From NCBI GenBank assembly GCA_964106645.2, contig OZ067041.1: DNA of 64,000 nt; one strand, given 5' to 3'. The notes below the pieces were generated by a model that saw only the letters and a program-made list of their open reading frames with translations, had not been told where the DNA came from and made no database searches. The first letter of the stretch is position 1, and each line of letters begins with the position of its first letter. This DNA is from Podarcis pityusensis. Its lineage: Eukaryota. Of the stretch, positions 1 to 13,645 are shown one piece after another. The position numbers and the translations under genes were made by a program.

Positions 1-454
1 TTTTTGTAAACAATTTTGAGGTATTTCTTACAATCAAGTGGTATATTAATTTTATGAAAAGATTTTTCTTTTAGTGATTGCATATCGCATTTTTGAAGCA
101 TTCTATACCACTGCTAAAAGTTTTGATTTAGGAAGCATTTGGCTTGGATCAGCCAGGATTTGTTAATGTGTAACAGACTATCTAAAATGTTTTATTCCCC
201 TTCATGATGATAAAGCTTTGTATTTTCTTCCTCTGAGTGATGATACTTTATAAACTTTCTTTTAAAAACTGCATTGGTTCTATAAAACCAATTTAAGTTT
301 CATTTCCTGTTCATCCCTATGGAGTTCCTTTCAATTCCACATAGCAAATTTCTGTATCTTGAATATGGAACATCCTTGGTTAATAAAATATTATAAGACG
401 TAATTATTTCACAGCATTGAATTTTGAAAGAGTTTTGGCATGCAGCTGTTCCCA

Positions 455-457
<3 letters not shown>

Positions 458-487
<30 letters not shown>
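458..487. repeat. (GT)n microsatellite
   Basis: Directly visible. Confidence 0.97.
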
Positions 488-488
<1 letters not shown>

Positions 489-1642
489 ATACATACATAC
501 ACACACTATAATGGAACTAAAGGGGCTGATATTTCACCCTGCCATTATTGAGAAGATGAGTAGTTCAGTTGAAAACATACTGTTCACCAAACCCCTAAAA
601 TTCCACTGTGTGAAGTAAGGGACATTTGTGTTTTTTGCATGAACTGATCTGTTGTTCTCGCTGTGTTAATATAAGCTTTCCTGATATACCAATAGCTATA
701 AAGTCCAAAGTTAAATTCCTTTTATAGCGAAGCTGACATGTCAGTTCATCAAAGACCAAACTTATCTAAGGCACTTGGAAAAAATCTTTTTTGGTTCACT
801 GCCCTTCTAGGGAGATATAAATTCCTGGGACAGGTCTTAATGCATCAGATGAGAAGACTCTGGAAGCAGGAAAGAACACTTCTCTAGAGCAGAAATAGTA
901 CACCCTGATCATGCCAAATCATACAAAAAGTTGAGACATCAATTCTCCCTTGTTTCCAGTGATGATGTGCTTATAAGGGAAAGAGGTACTTTTGTTGGCT
1001 GAGAAAATCCCTTGGTTTAAGATTCCTTGTGACAGGTAGTCTGTTAGTAGACCTAAATTGAGCTAACCAGGGCATTCTGCTTTATTTGCTTCCAGTACTT
1101 CTAATGAATACTTGCAACATTAATATCCTTTAAAAGTCTGTTATGTATCAGACAGAGGTTCCCTCTCTTATATTTTTTATTCCTGCTGAAGGCCTTCCTT
1201 TTCCAGCCAGTATTTTAAATGACTATCTGTATTGTACTTGAACTTGTAAAAATACATCTTTTTATTGTAGATGTTTTTCTTTTAAGATTGCTTTTAAATG
1301 CTTTATGGCAAGCAGTTCATAAATGGAATAAAGAAAGATTTGTGGCTATTTCTGCATATCCATTGTTTCTTATGCTATGTAGTTCCTGTACGAAGTAAAA
1401 AATTCCTTTTCCCTTAACTGGCATCTATTTCTGAAATATTTATCATCTATGTTTTTCCCATTACCACTGTTTTGCACCTGGCTCTGGTTGAGGAATTTGG
1501 GTGTTACAGAAGAAAACCCCCCCACTAGATCCCACAAGCCTAAATTCTGCTCACCCTTAGGTCAATGAGTTCCTGCCCATACTGAAACCTGGGACATTGT
1601 AGCATGCAAGTTAGTTTTATGTTAGTGGGCTCTCATTAACTA

Positions 1643-1813
1643 CCATATTTATGCAATTCTAATGCGCCAGTGAATGTAATGCGCGCCTCAATTTTTTAAA
1701 AAAATATTGAAACCAAAGAAGTATTCTCTGGCGCCATCAAATCTAATGCACACCCTAATCTTTGTGACGTAATTTGGTCCAAAAAGGTGCGCCTTACATT
1801 CGAGTCAATACAG
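1643..1813. mobile_element. Tc1/mariner-pogo (Tc2-like) MITE, degenerate
   Basis: TA-flanked ends ccatattt...aatacag resembling CCGTATTT...AAATACGG termini. Confidence 0.6.
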
Positions 1814-3534
1814 TACATATCTATTTTTTAAATCCTAAGTCAGTTGGTAAATATACACAAGGAGGGTTTAGGACTCACTTTGCATATATGCAAGGGATTT
1901 AAGCTGTAAACTACTCTTGAGAGCACTGCAGTGTTGAAGGTGTGAGATACAAATAAAATGTTAAAAGTACTGAATTTAGGGGAAAATAGGAAATGATTTT
2001 GTGCAAATGGTTCGGCAAGTGCTTGCATAATCAGAAAAATATCTTCTGGATAGTCATTCTTCTGTTCTTTAGCTAAGCTGGATGCGTCCCTCCCACAAGT
2101 GGAATCTTAGATCCAGACCATTGTGGCAAATTCAGAAGGTTTTAAGGCTTAATAAAAGACTGTCTGAAGCTTATAACACTGATTCCTCTGGGTTTCCCCC
2201 CCTCTAAAACAGTTTTTTTTTAAAAAAAAAAGGAAAAAAGAATGATCATTAAAATGATAACAGACTTAGACCTAGAGATGAAAGCAGAATGAATAAGAAT
2301 TAAAAGAAGGCAACAGCCTTGGACACAGTTATGTGAATAATGTAAATGGAACATCAGCTTGCAGAACTTGATAAGAATTTGGAGTGAAAATTTGGGAGGG
2401 AGATGCAACAGTCGGAGAAGGAAAGGTTTAAACTAAGATACCTACACAAATTAAAAGTAGGGGGTCAAAAATGTCAATTGTTTTGTGTTTTTGAATTCTG
2501 CCTCATACTCGTAACCTTGAGTTCTACATCTTGCTTCCCACCTGCTCCTTCAGTCTTTAGAATTGGGAGTCAGAAGTACAAGCGATTCTCCAGTGTTTCT
2601 TACTTTTGTAATGTGCACCATCTTGTTCAGAATGATTTGATTATATGTAAAAAAGAAAATTCATGTATAACATATTCCTAATCTGGGTTGGAAAGAGTAG
2701 TAGCACTTGTGTTTGTGAACTAGGTTTGAGGTACTCTATATAAAACAAACATACAACAGAAAGAATCCTAAACCACTTAGCTTGATTCTTTTTGAATAAG
2801 TAGAACTGGTTTTATTGAAGGGGAAAATTTGGATCCTAGAGCATTTACACAATTTTAATTTCATTGACTTTACAATTTGAATTAGACTTGCAGTTATCCA
2901 GCCACGACAATTTTACAGCTCAAGGGTGTCTGGATTAATTTTTTTATATTCCAGTTCAAATTGATTATTTATACTTGAATATACTAGAGCTCTGTATTGA
3001 TTGATAATATTTTCTCTATTTATAGTATGGCCACGCAAGCAGGATGGGTGACATAACAGTGGTATAAACTTGAAGAAACAACTTGTTTGTCATGAATTTC
3101 AAGTTACGGAACAAATGAAGTACTCTGTATTTTGTCATAACTTTTAGAATCTACAGACAAGATGGTAATGTAGACTAAATTTATATTGCAGGTAGCATTT
3201 TGCCTGCTGAATGTTTACAACATGTTTTGCTTTAAAGATTTCTTCCATTGTAATAGTGCTAGACATGAATATGTGGGAAAATATGAAGGTTAACACTGGA
3301 TCTGCGTGCAAATTCAAAAGATCAACCCAGATAACAATGTAGCTCATATTTTTTGTGGTTAATTAATTCAATCTGTTTCTTAGATTTGTATGAAATTACA
3401 CTTAGCAATGAATTAGTATGTTTGAAGCAACATGTGCCTTCCATACTGTATATTTTGGTGCTGTCTTTTTTAATCTTCTGATTTTTTAAACACAAACACA
3501 CCTTTTTTTAAAATACTTGTGCTTTGTAACACTT

Positions 3535-3540
3535 AATAAA
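3535..3540 (+). terminator. Candidate polyadenylation signal AATAAA
   Basis: Canonical hexamer with upstream UGUA at the end of a UTR-like block. Confidence 0.5.
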
Positions 3541-3986
3541 ATTTTGTACGATGATACCTTACATGTACAGCAGATGTTTATCCATTGAAGTTGGGAATTG
3601 TAATCGCCATTGATTTCTATGATTTGCATGGTGGTTCAGTAATTTTAAGTGTTGTGCTCTTAAGATTTTTTTGCAGTGAACCTGCTGACTGCTTCTTAGA
3701 TATTGTCATTACTAGCACTTCGATTTGGGTCTTGAAACAAATAAGAAGCCATTGCAATTGAATAATATGTTCACCACCAACTTTCCTTCTCAGGAGGGGG
3801 AGTCCACAGAATTCTGTATTGACTGATATTGTGATGCAGGAAGAATAGGCTGGAGTGGAGAACATCTGGCTTACAAGACATATAAAAGCCACCCATTTAC
3901 TTCCATTGAGAAGCATTTTTCCCAAGCCTAACGCCCTCCCAGAGGGCTATTTAGGAGGGTTACAGCTATAAAGGCAAGGCTTAGTC

Positions 3987-4254
3987 CAGGGGTTGGCAAG
4001 GTTTATCTCACCTGGGCCAGTTCACTCCAGTGGAGATCCCTCCATAGGCTCCATTGTGTGTGAGGCCGCAATTTCTGGCGTCTGCATCTGCACAGATGCA
4101 ATTTCCGGCACTGTGGAAGCGAGTCCCTGCACTGCACTGTGCTGCTTTAGCACAGCGCGTGGGGACTCGCCGAGCGGGCAACTCGGTTCGGGGGCCAGTT
4201 AAACGACCCCCGTGGGCCACTTGTGGCCCATGGGCCTTAGGTTGCCTACCCCTG
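3987..4254. mobile_element. hAT (Charlie-like) non-autonomous element
   Basis: TIRs caggggttggcaa / ttgcctacccctg; perfect 8-bp TSD gcttagtc (3979..3986, 4255..4262). Confidence 0.9.
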
Positions 4255-5125
4255 GCTTAGTCCTTCCCTCCTTCGTCCATAAAGATCGCACCGCCCTCTG
4301 GCAAGACTCCTAATACAGTTTTCAATACTTTGTATGTATAAGAGAATATGAATGGAGGGGAATGGAGTCACATGATGTGTGGATGTGTGTGAATTGGTGT
4401 GGGGGGGAATAGAGGAGAGAGAGAGATGGTAGCCCTGCCCATTTTAGTACCATTGGCATGCAGTCCCAGAAGTTCATCCATAAGGGAATTTGTTCCTGAA
4501 AGATGTTTCCACCACACTTTGTACCTTGCACATTCATCTAGATGGGTAGATCTGTTGACTCTCTATCCCTACACTGACCCACTACTATAGTTTCTGTCTT
4601 GCCTGGATTAAGCTTCTGCTTCTTAGCACTTAACAGCACTTAAATTAGCATTATGTGCTAGATGTTGGCCTCTGTTAGCTTTTAGGGGCTAAAGCTCAGA
4701 TTGAGATGGAAACAAGACCTCTGCTGGTTCAGTCTTATCTAAATTGCCTTTAAACTTTTTTATTTATTTATTTTTTGGTAAAAAAGTGGCAGATACATTT
4801 AATTAATAAATAATGAAATCTAAAATTAATTTATCCCAACAGACCTTTTTGTGGGATGTTAATGACTTGGTCAGATTCTGATACTGGTTTACTGGTACTA
4901 CTGACTTTGCCATAATTTTTTATCTGTTTCTGTTTTATTGTTTGTTTGATGATTTGTAATTGATATTTTTTTCGCTTTAATTTCTTGTACCTTGCCCTAG
5001 TTTCACTGTGTGAAGAAAGGCGGGCTAGAAACATTTTTTTATTAAAAATTAAAATAAATAAAATAAGATTAAAATAAACAAATTCTGTTCTTTTAAATAG
5101 CTTCTGTAAATAATAACAAACTGAA

Positions 5126-5295
5126 GGACCACATCTCAGTGGTAGAGTATCTCTGGCTTGTATGTAGAAGGTCTTGGGTTCATTCCTTGGTAGCCCCAGG
5201 TAGGGCTGCCTGAGATTCCTGTCTGAAACCCTGGAAAATGACTGCCAGTCACCGTCTTGTACGGTGTCCAAATCGATAGAAGGCAGCTTCATATG
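5126..5295 (+). mobile_element. tRNA-derived squamate SINE (Squam3-like)
   Basis: tRNA-like head ctcagtggtagag...gggttcattcc; body ctgaaaccctgga...ctgccagtca; tail aggcagcttc. Related copies at 13719..13829, 16097..16260 and 45660..45846. Confidence 0.7.
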
Positions 5296-6906
5296 GAGTC
5301 TCAGATTACGCTTTTAGCAATTTGGATGCCCCTGTACACATTTTCTATAGTTCACATAGCAACATGATGTTATCTGCTACTAGACCTTGGAACTTGAAAG
5401 ATGTTGTAGGAAACTGAAAATGAACTCCTTTTCAGTGCCTCTTCAACACTTGTATCTTCCATCATACTGAGATTTCAAGCATTTTTTTGCTCATTTTATT
5501 TTACTGTAGTAGTAATATTCCAGACCCTGAGCCGATATAAACTAATTTTAGCATGACCTTTCCATCGAATGCTGGGGGGATGCTTCTATTTAAGCTCATA
5601 AGGTATCTCACCATTCTCTCCCATCCTTCAGTACCAGTAGGGACATTGAGGTGTTGCCAGTTTGCAACATTGTTAGGTTGATTTACGTTTAATTTAAATC
5701 CAGGTGATTAATGAAGGGAGGAGGAAGATTGGCAACCTGTGCAATACTTCCCTTGAAGCTCTGTGTTGGGAAGAGGTTAGAAATAAACAAGAAGTTCTTG
5801 GTATGTGAAGCCTGCTGTGTGGAACAAAAAGTGCCTTGCTGGCCACAATGTTCATTCTGAATAACAAATAAAGAGGTAGTTTGACATAGCACATAATTTG
5901 ACCCTAACATTTCTACTATAACATGTAGGTGCTTGGAATGGTTTATGATGATGTGCCGTCAGCAAAGCATCACTAAATGCTGTTAGATCTGGGTTTTGGA
6001 GAAAGGAATATCAGTAAGAATATTTCAGCTGGGGTGTTAGGGCCCTCTCAAATATTACAAAGCTAACACGGGTCACTAAACTTGAGTGCACTGTGGGCTG
6101 ATTTTATGATTGTGTAAAAGCAACAGAGAAGTCAGAACAATATGAAAATATCAGAATAAATACATCCACTGTGGTGATCAATACCTCCTGAATTTTGAGG
6201 GATGAAATTAGTTTCCCAAGGAGGCTTTAGGCAGCTTCTAAAAAAAAATAAAGTTTTGTATGACTTGCTGAAGAAGCAGGAGATTTTGATCGAATGTTAT
6301 ATTATGGAAAGTATAATTGAATATTTGATGCCATGTACAAAGTATTGAAAATGACACTTGTAGTTTAAAAATTATTTTGGGATAATTGCTTTTATTGCTC
6401 AATCTCAGATTTCCTGAAATAGATTGCTACACCAGCAGGTCAGCTAAGACAACATTCTTTCATTCTGTTAAAAACAACTGGTAGTTGCTCTTTCTTCCTG
6501 CAAACGGTGTGTGTTGCTCTTTCAGGCAGAAAGCAGTAGTTTATTACCAGGGATTATCTCTTTCTGTGGGCTGGCTGACTCACCCACAGAAAATGTGCTT
6601 ATTCAGGAAGTCTGCAATCCTTAAACCTCTTGTTTGGAAACAGATCTCTTGGAGGTAATTGAACAGCTCTGACTCAAGAGAATTGTGGGTGGCTGTTGTA
6701 GTCTGGAGAGGATGGGGGGAATGTGAAAACTAAAGAAGTCAAAATAAATGGTTAATGCGGAGAATTACAACAAAGATCACTCAGAGACCTAAAACATGGA
6801 GCAATTTGGATCACAGATAATGGTGCTGCAATTGCAATTAACTGTTCACACCCTGGGACCTTATGGTGAAGGGTGGCTAATTAAGAGGTAAAAAAGAAGG
6901 TAAAGG

Positions 6907-7173
6907 GACCCCTGACCGTTAGGTCCAGTTGCAGACGACTCTGGGGTTGCGGCGCTCATCTCGGTTTACTGGCCAAAGGAGCCGGCGTACAGCTTCCAGG
7001 TCATGTGGCCAGCATGACAAAGCCACTTCTGGCAAACCAGAGCAGCGCACGGAAACGCTGTTTACCTTCCCACCGGAGCAGTACCTATTTATCTACTTGC
7101 ACTTTGACGTGCTTTCGAACTGCTAGGTTGGCAGGAGCAGGGACCGAGCAACGGGAGCTCACCCCATCGCAGG
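6907..7173 (-). mobile_element. Sauria SINE, 5'-truncated, inserted at the tail of a second copy
   Basis: Sauria SINE body; flanked by a 39-bp direct repeat (6868..6906 = 7174..7212) that includes the ACCTTT-type tail. Confidence 0.85.
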
Positions 7174-7204
7174 GAAGGGTGGCTAATTAAGAGGTAAAAA
7201 AGAA

Positions 7205-7582
7205 GGTAAAGGAAAGGACAGGACCCCTGGACGGTTAAGTCCAGTCAAAGGCGACTATGGGGTTACGGCGCTCATCTCGCTCCCAGGCTGAGGGAGCCAG
7301 TGTTTGTCTGCCCACAGCATTCCGGGTCATGTGGCCACCATGACTAAACTGCTTCTGGCACAAGGGAACACCATGATGGAAACCAGAGCACATAGAAACG
7401 CCGTTTACCTTCCTGCCGCAGCAGTACCTATTTATCTACTTACACTGGCATGCTTTCAAACTGCTAGGTTGGCAGGAGCTGGGACAGAACAACAGGAGCT
7501 CACCCTGTCACAGGGATTTGAACCACCGACTTTCTGATTGGCAAGCCCAAGAGGCTCAGTGGTTTAGACCACAGCGCCACCC
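7205..7582 (-). mobile_element. Sauria SINE, full length
   Basis: (ACCTTT)-type tail on minus, conserved core gtacctatttatctact, tRNA-like head ending cacagcgccaccc. Confidence 0.9.
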
Positions 7583-10031
7583 TAAACAACACCACACTAA
7601 AAACCTACATACCAAGACACAGTGTGTTCATGACCCATCATACATGTATCATGAACTAACTCTTTTTACTTCACATCAGCTGACTCCAGCTTCCTCCCCA
7701 AATGTGTTTTAAGTTTATAACTATTTCTAACAGTAGTATGAGGCTTTGAGGTGGAAGCTGCTTGAAGGCTATCTGCTAAAGGAAATTGCTGCTTTTGCAA
7801 AGGAGTTATTTCCTCGTCTTCTTTTCCCCCCAGCAGCACCTCTATCTAAACCTCCTTTTTAAACTTGGAGAAGCATATGCTTCTTCCAAAACATGTGGCT
7901 CTCCAGTAAATATAAGTCCACAGTAGAAAGGAGAGGACTGTACACGCTTGGCAAAAATGCATAAGCTGGATCAAAAGGTGTGGTTAAAGGCCCATCCAGT
8001 ACAGTAATTAGATATTTGGAAAAGAATCAGGGAAATCCAAGTTCCGATCCCCACATGGCCAAGAAGCTAGGTGACCTTGGTCTGCTTGCTGTCTTTCAGC
8101 CTAGCTGCCTCGCGACAAGCAGGGGTGCTGTGCTGAGCTCTTAGGATAAAAATGTAATAAATGTGCCCCCTCCCTTGGATCCTTTGACCTGCTGTTTTGA
8201 TTGTCAGATGCTGAGGAATAACCAAAGGAGAGATTTCTCCCACACTCTGCTTGCCACTCTGCGGCATTTGCTAACTGTCACATGGAATATTTAGCTAGCT
8301 AGATCATTGGCATACTTTTACATTCTTAAATATTAGCAAATGGTGTTAACCCAAAGAAATCACAGTTTGCCTCTCATATCCAATTTGTTTTCAGCACAGC
8401 CTATGGCTAAGGTTTACATTTGTGTGCAAATGACTTTTCTGGCTGTTTTCAGAGGTCATGAAATGGGGATATTCAGAATATGGTTCATTTGTCTGAACTT
8501 TTGTAACGTCCTTTGCTTTTAGGCTGAGCTGACAAGTAAATATTTAAAGAGTTTGTCTCATGAAATGTAATCTGCATGCATGGAAAGTGTTGAGAACAAC
8601 TCAAACAAGACATGGGGGGACGCTGGGGATTTTGGATAATTGACTGGGGTGTGTCTAGGTTGTCATTTTGACTTGCTCTTCAGTTAGAAGTAGCTTAACA
8701 TTATGTGAAGTGAATTTCTGAGTTCTAGTATTCTTTCCTAAGTGTCTATTCAGGGTAACTGAGACATGGAATTATTATAAGAAGAAGAATAAAAAATACC
8801 CCAAGCCCAAGTAGTTATAATGTTAGTGAATAGTCCACGACATGAACTAGTGTCTGAAGGGGGTGGCAGGCTCAAAGAAGACTGACAGCTGATAACAAAT
8901 GTATAACAAGGTGGCAGAGCATACATAATTCATCTTATCAAATTCACTAAGAAGTATAAAGATAGAATTCCAAATATTGAGTTGGAACAACCTAATTAAT
9001 CTCAAATGCGTGTCATATGGCTAATACCCTGGGATCTGTGCTGATATACAGGATAATCACCTCATTAATAGTATTTAGCCAATAATGTAATGAGATAAAA
9101 TGAGTGCTTAGAGCAACTAGATACCAATCAAAACCAAGAAGAACCTAATTCCCTGTATTTTTCTCATACCCTTCGTTTATTTCCTAGCTGCTACAATGGG
9201 TATTTAGAAGAAAACCTTTTATTAAATTAGGCCAAATGCTAAGTAATGCAGGCTTGTAATTTAGGATTACAATTAAATGTTCGTTAATGTTTCCGCAAGT
9301 CTGTTGATAAAGGGGGGGGGGCAAAGAGGCGAATAATAAAAATGTGCCTGTGTCTCTACTGAGGTGAACAGAATTATTTTTCCTGCTTGTCTGATCTAAG
9401 TGGAACTGAGCTGTAGCAACAACAACAAAGAGATCCATGCACAAAGGTACGCAGTGTCTCAGTTGTCATGATGTGGTGTAGAATGGAAATCAAAAGCACT
9501 CTCCCTATGGGAATCCAATGTTTTTCTTTTCCTTGAAACTGGCCTCTGAAGCCTTGTGGAAAACCTCTTCAATGCTGTGGTAACTTTCTGAATTCATCTA
9601 TCACAGTCAGAATTCAGTAAAATGACACTGTGGCCATGCTTAATGGTTATATGGTGAGTTACTGTGTTTGTGTCTTTGTGTACGCAGACAAACAAGCCTA
9701 ATCCAGTTCCATTCATTTCAATAAACTGAATCAGCATTTAGTTCAGCTGCCTGTAGCAGCAAATTGTAGATGGTTAGGCTGAATGTCTCTTGTTGTGAGC
9801 CTCATTCTAATCATTGGGAGGCAGAGATACACATTGATCTATCCCCCTTATGTTGTTTTATTTATTTCAAAACAGCTATTGAATTAATTAAAGAAATTAT
9901 GCACACCTTGTATATTTAAAAGGGAAAATTATTCGTTTTCTGCTTAAGGGGGAACTAAGTCGGATTAAATGATGTAGCAAAATAACTTGGAAGGTAAGAA
10001 GCTGCTTTGCAGGCCTCTAATTAGATGCTGA

Positions 10032-10384
10032 TGCAGGTGGCGCTGTGGTCTAAACCACCGAGCCTCTTGCGCTTGCCGATCAGAAGGTCGGCGGTTCGAA
10101 TCCCCGCAACGGGGTGAGCTCCCATTGCTTGGTCCCAGCTCCTGCCAACCTAGCAGTTCCGAAGCACACCAAAATGCAAGTAGATAAATAGGTACCGCTC
10201 CAGCGGGAAGGTAAACGGTGTTCCCATGCACTGCTCTGATTTTGCCAGAAGTGGCTTAGTCATGCTGGCCACATGACCCGGAAAAACTGCGGCTCCCTCG
10301 GCCTGTAAAGTGAGATGAGCACTGCAACCCCAGAGTTGTCTGCGACTAGACTTAACTGTCAGGGGTCCTTTACCTTTACCTTTT
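10032..10384 (+). mobile_element. Sauria SINE, full length
   Basis: Head ggtggcgctgtgg...ggttcgaatccc; tail cctttacctttacc; 14-bp TSD taatYagatgctga (10018..10031, 10385..10398). Confidence 0.92.
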
Positions 10385-11086
10385 TAATCAGATGCTGAAG
10401 CAAACATGAACTTGTCATATCAGAAATGGTCCAGATATGCACTGTAGTCCCTGGAAAGACTGATTTAAACTTTATGATGAATTCCGTACTTGAAACAGGT
10501 GGAAAGGGAAGATTGTGAGTGGGAGGAGGTCAAAATGAAGTTTCTGAGCAGAGTGTGGCACTACTTTTGAACCACTTTGCTATGCAAATTAGATGAGAGG
10601 TGAGACATTGATCTGAAAAGCGGATTGCTTTGGATTAGACACCCACCAAGACAGCAGTTTAATCTGGCAGCCAATTCACAACCAAACTAATTTTGCAAAG
10701 AACCTGCAAGTGAAGAACAGGCTGTCGCATTGTAATGAAAACTAGGGTGGCAGATTTCCTAGTAAGTGACAGACTGTGTGTTCACTCATATGAAATTCTA
10801 TGGCAGAGAGCAAGGGGAATGAAGCATCAGTAGTAAGCAAAGATTCCACCCCTGCTTTTCCTATCCTTAAACAGAAGACATGTTGACTTATTCCCCCCAC
10901 CCCACCACTCCCAACAAAGGTTACAGAAACAGAATTTTGCTCTCTCCTTATATTTATGGTGCTGAACAAGGAGCTACTAAAGAGGATTCTTTAGCACTTA
11001 TTTAACAAGATTTATGCACCTCTTAACCAACACAAACCGATAACAGAGCAATCCTAACTACAGAGAGACAACGCCATCTTAAATTA

Positions 11087-11324
11087 CAGTCGTACTTTTG
11101 TTTTCAAACAGAATGCATTCCGGAAGTCCGTTTGACTTCCGAAACGTTCAGAAACCAAGGTGCGGCTTTCTATTGGCTGCAGCCAATCAGAAGCCATGGA
11201 AACCACTTTGGAAGTTGAGCTTCTGAGGCAAAGTTTGCAAACCAGAACACCTACTTCTGGGTTTGTGACGTTCGAGTTCCAAGTTGTTCATGAACTAAGC
11301 TGTTCAAAAACCAAAGTACGACTG
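11087..11324. mobile_element. Tc1/mariner (Tigger-like) MITE
   Basis: TA|cagtcgtactt...aagtacgactg|TA terminal inverted repeats. Confidence 0.85.
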
Positions 11325-11821
11325 TACCCTTATGTCAAACCCAGTTTAGGAGGAATTTGTTTTATACTACTCCTTTTGCCATTTAAGCTCCACTAGGTTC
11401 CTAGGTCACATAACGTGAGTTGAAAGGGGTTTGGAATAGGTGCAAGCCTCTCCTTGTTCTGTCACTTGGAGTGGAGGGACTTGCACTGGCATAAACCTTT
11501 CTGAGCCCCCAGTGAGTAGGGGTGTTTTATGCTGCATATCTTTGGCTCAGCCAAGGTGAAGGACCTGATACCTGCTGAACCCAGTCTCAGCTGGGAAAGC
11601 CCAAGATCCATCCAGTCCAAACTCTCACCCTGGTGGATCTTGAGTATGGATTGCCCTATGAGTGGTTTACATAAAACCACACAAAATATTCATATACAAA
11701 CAAACTTTAAAAGCAAGTAGACATAACACTGATCAAGATATAGATTAAAAACGAGCACCTTTAAAGCATATACATCATAAACATTGCAGAGAGCTAGTAC
11801 AAGGAAATAGATATGTTTAAG

Positions 11822-11822
<1 letters not shown>

Positions 11823-11854
<32 letters not shown>
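11823..11854. repeat. (GT)n microsatellite
   Basis: Directly visible. Confidence 0.95.
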
Positions 11855-11858
<4 letters not shown>

Positions 11859-12206
11859 TGTTTGGTGTGAGGGTGTGTGTAATAGCATTCTTTCTCCAAG
11901 GTGATGCAAGCTTTGCAAAGAGTGGCTATAGGAATATGAAAAATGACAGGTGGAATTAAGACTCCAAGCTCCTCAGAAGGAATGAGGTCATGTTTGGCAA
12001 GATACATTAGTATCACCTTCTGAGGCCACTAGAAATAATAAAATATGCTTGAAATCGTGTACACAATACATTACTACCTGTTATTTTAAAAAATCTTTGG
12101 TGATTTTAAAAAATGCATTATATGAAAAACAATTCTGTTATCACGTGAAAACTGATGGGGAAATACAAAGTTTCTTCACACACATGAAAGATAAGTAGTG
12201 GCTGGG

Positions 12207-12208
<2 letters not shown>

Positions 12209-12252
<44 letters not shown>

Positions 12253-13645
12253 TTCTTATTTATACCCCGCCCATCTGGCTGGGTTTCCTCAGCCACTCTG
12301 GGTGGCTTCCAACAAAACACTAAAATACAATAACCTATTAAACATTAAAAGCTTCCCTAAACATGGCTGCCTTCAGATGTCTTCTAAAAGTTTGGTAGTT
12401 ATTTTTCTCTTTGACATCTGGTGGGAAGGTGTTCCACAGGGCAGGTGCCACTACCGAGAAGGCCCTCTGCCTGGTTCCCTGGAACTTGGCTTCTTGCAGT
12501 GAGGGAACCACCAGAAGGCCCTCAGTGCTGGACCTCAGTGTCCGGGCAGACCGATGGGGGTGGAGATGCTCCTTCAGGTATACTGGACCAAGGCTGTTTA
12601 AGGCTTTAAAGGTCAGCACCAACACTTTGAATTGTGCTCGGAAATGTACTGGGAGCCAGTGTAGGTCTTTCAAGACCGGTGTTATATGGTCTCGGCGGCT
12701 GCTCCCAGTCACCAGTCTAGCTGCCGCATTCTGGATTAGTTTTAGTTTCCAGGTCACCTTCAAAGGTAGCCCCACGTAGAGCGCATTGCAGTAGTCCAAG
12801 CGAGAGATAACTAGAGCATGCACCATTCTGGCGAGACAGTCTGCGGGCAGGTAGGTTCTCAGCCTGCGTACCAGATGGAGCTGATAAACAGCTGCCCTGG
12901 ACACAGAATTGATGTGCGCCTCCATGGACAGCAGTGAGTCCAGAATAACTCCCAGGCTGCGCACCTGGTCCTTCAGGGGCACAGCTACCCCATTCAGGAC
13001 CAGGGAGTCCTCCACACCCGCGTGCCTCCTGTCCCCCCAAAACAGTACTTCTGTCTTGTCAGGATTCAACCTCAATCTGTTAACTGCCATCCATCCTCCA
13101 ACCGCCTCCAGACACTCACACAGGACCTTCACCGCCTTCACTGGTTCTGATTTGTAAGAGAGGTAGAGCTCATCCGTATACTGATGAACACCCAGCCCAA
13201 ACCCCCTGGTGATCTCTCCCAGCAGCTGCATGTAGATGTTGAAGAGCATGGGGGAGAGGACAGAACCCTGAGGCACCCCACAAGTGAGAGCCCAGGGGTC
13301 TGAACACTCATCCCCCACCACCACTTTCTGAACACGGCCCAGGAGGAAGGAACGGAACCACTGTATAACAGTGCCCCCAGCTCCCAGCCCCTCTAGACGG
13401 TCCAGAAGGATGTTATGGTCGATGGTGTAAAAAGCAGCTGAGAGATTCAGCAGAACTAGGAAACAGCTCTCACCTTTGTCCCTAGCCCGCCGGAGATAAC
13501 CAACCAGCGCGACCAAGGCAGTTTCAGTCCCATGATGAGGCCTGAATCCCAAATGGAAGGGATCCAAATGGTCCACTTCTTCCAGGCGTGCTTGGAGTTG
13601 TTCAGCAACCACTCACTCAATCACCTTGCCCAAGAATGGAAGAAT
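12209..13645 (-). mobile_element. L2-clade LINE, 5'-truncated (RT C-terminal half, 3'UTR, (TTA)n tail)
   Basis: ORF 12338..13612 has RT motifs GFRPHHGTETAL, LLNLSAAF, GVPQGSVLSP and the L2-typical SRLDYCNALY, QNAAARL, HITPVLKDLHWLP. The catalytic YADD is degraded to YTDE. (TAA)n at 12209..12251. Confidence 0.95.

Larger units (their letters stand above)
1..3560 (+). other. Probable distal 3'UTR of an unidentified upstream gene
   Basis: AU/U-rich with no credible ORF. AATAAA at 3535..3540 is preceded by UGUA (3525..3528) and U-tracts. miRNA-seed-like sites TGTTTACA (3212..3219) and GTGCCTT (3434..3440). Gene identity cannot be determined. Confidence 0.5.

Noticed and set aside
300-618. HTHT/VCVC ORFs (also 11690..12016 and 51058..51525)
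   Set aside because: Translations of (GT)n microsatellites.
4831-5292. 153-aa minus ORF
   Set aside because: Spans a SINE and an AT-rich LINE-tail remnant; spurious.
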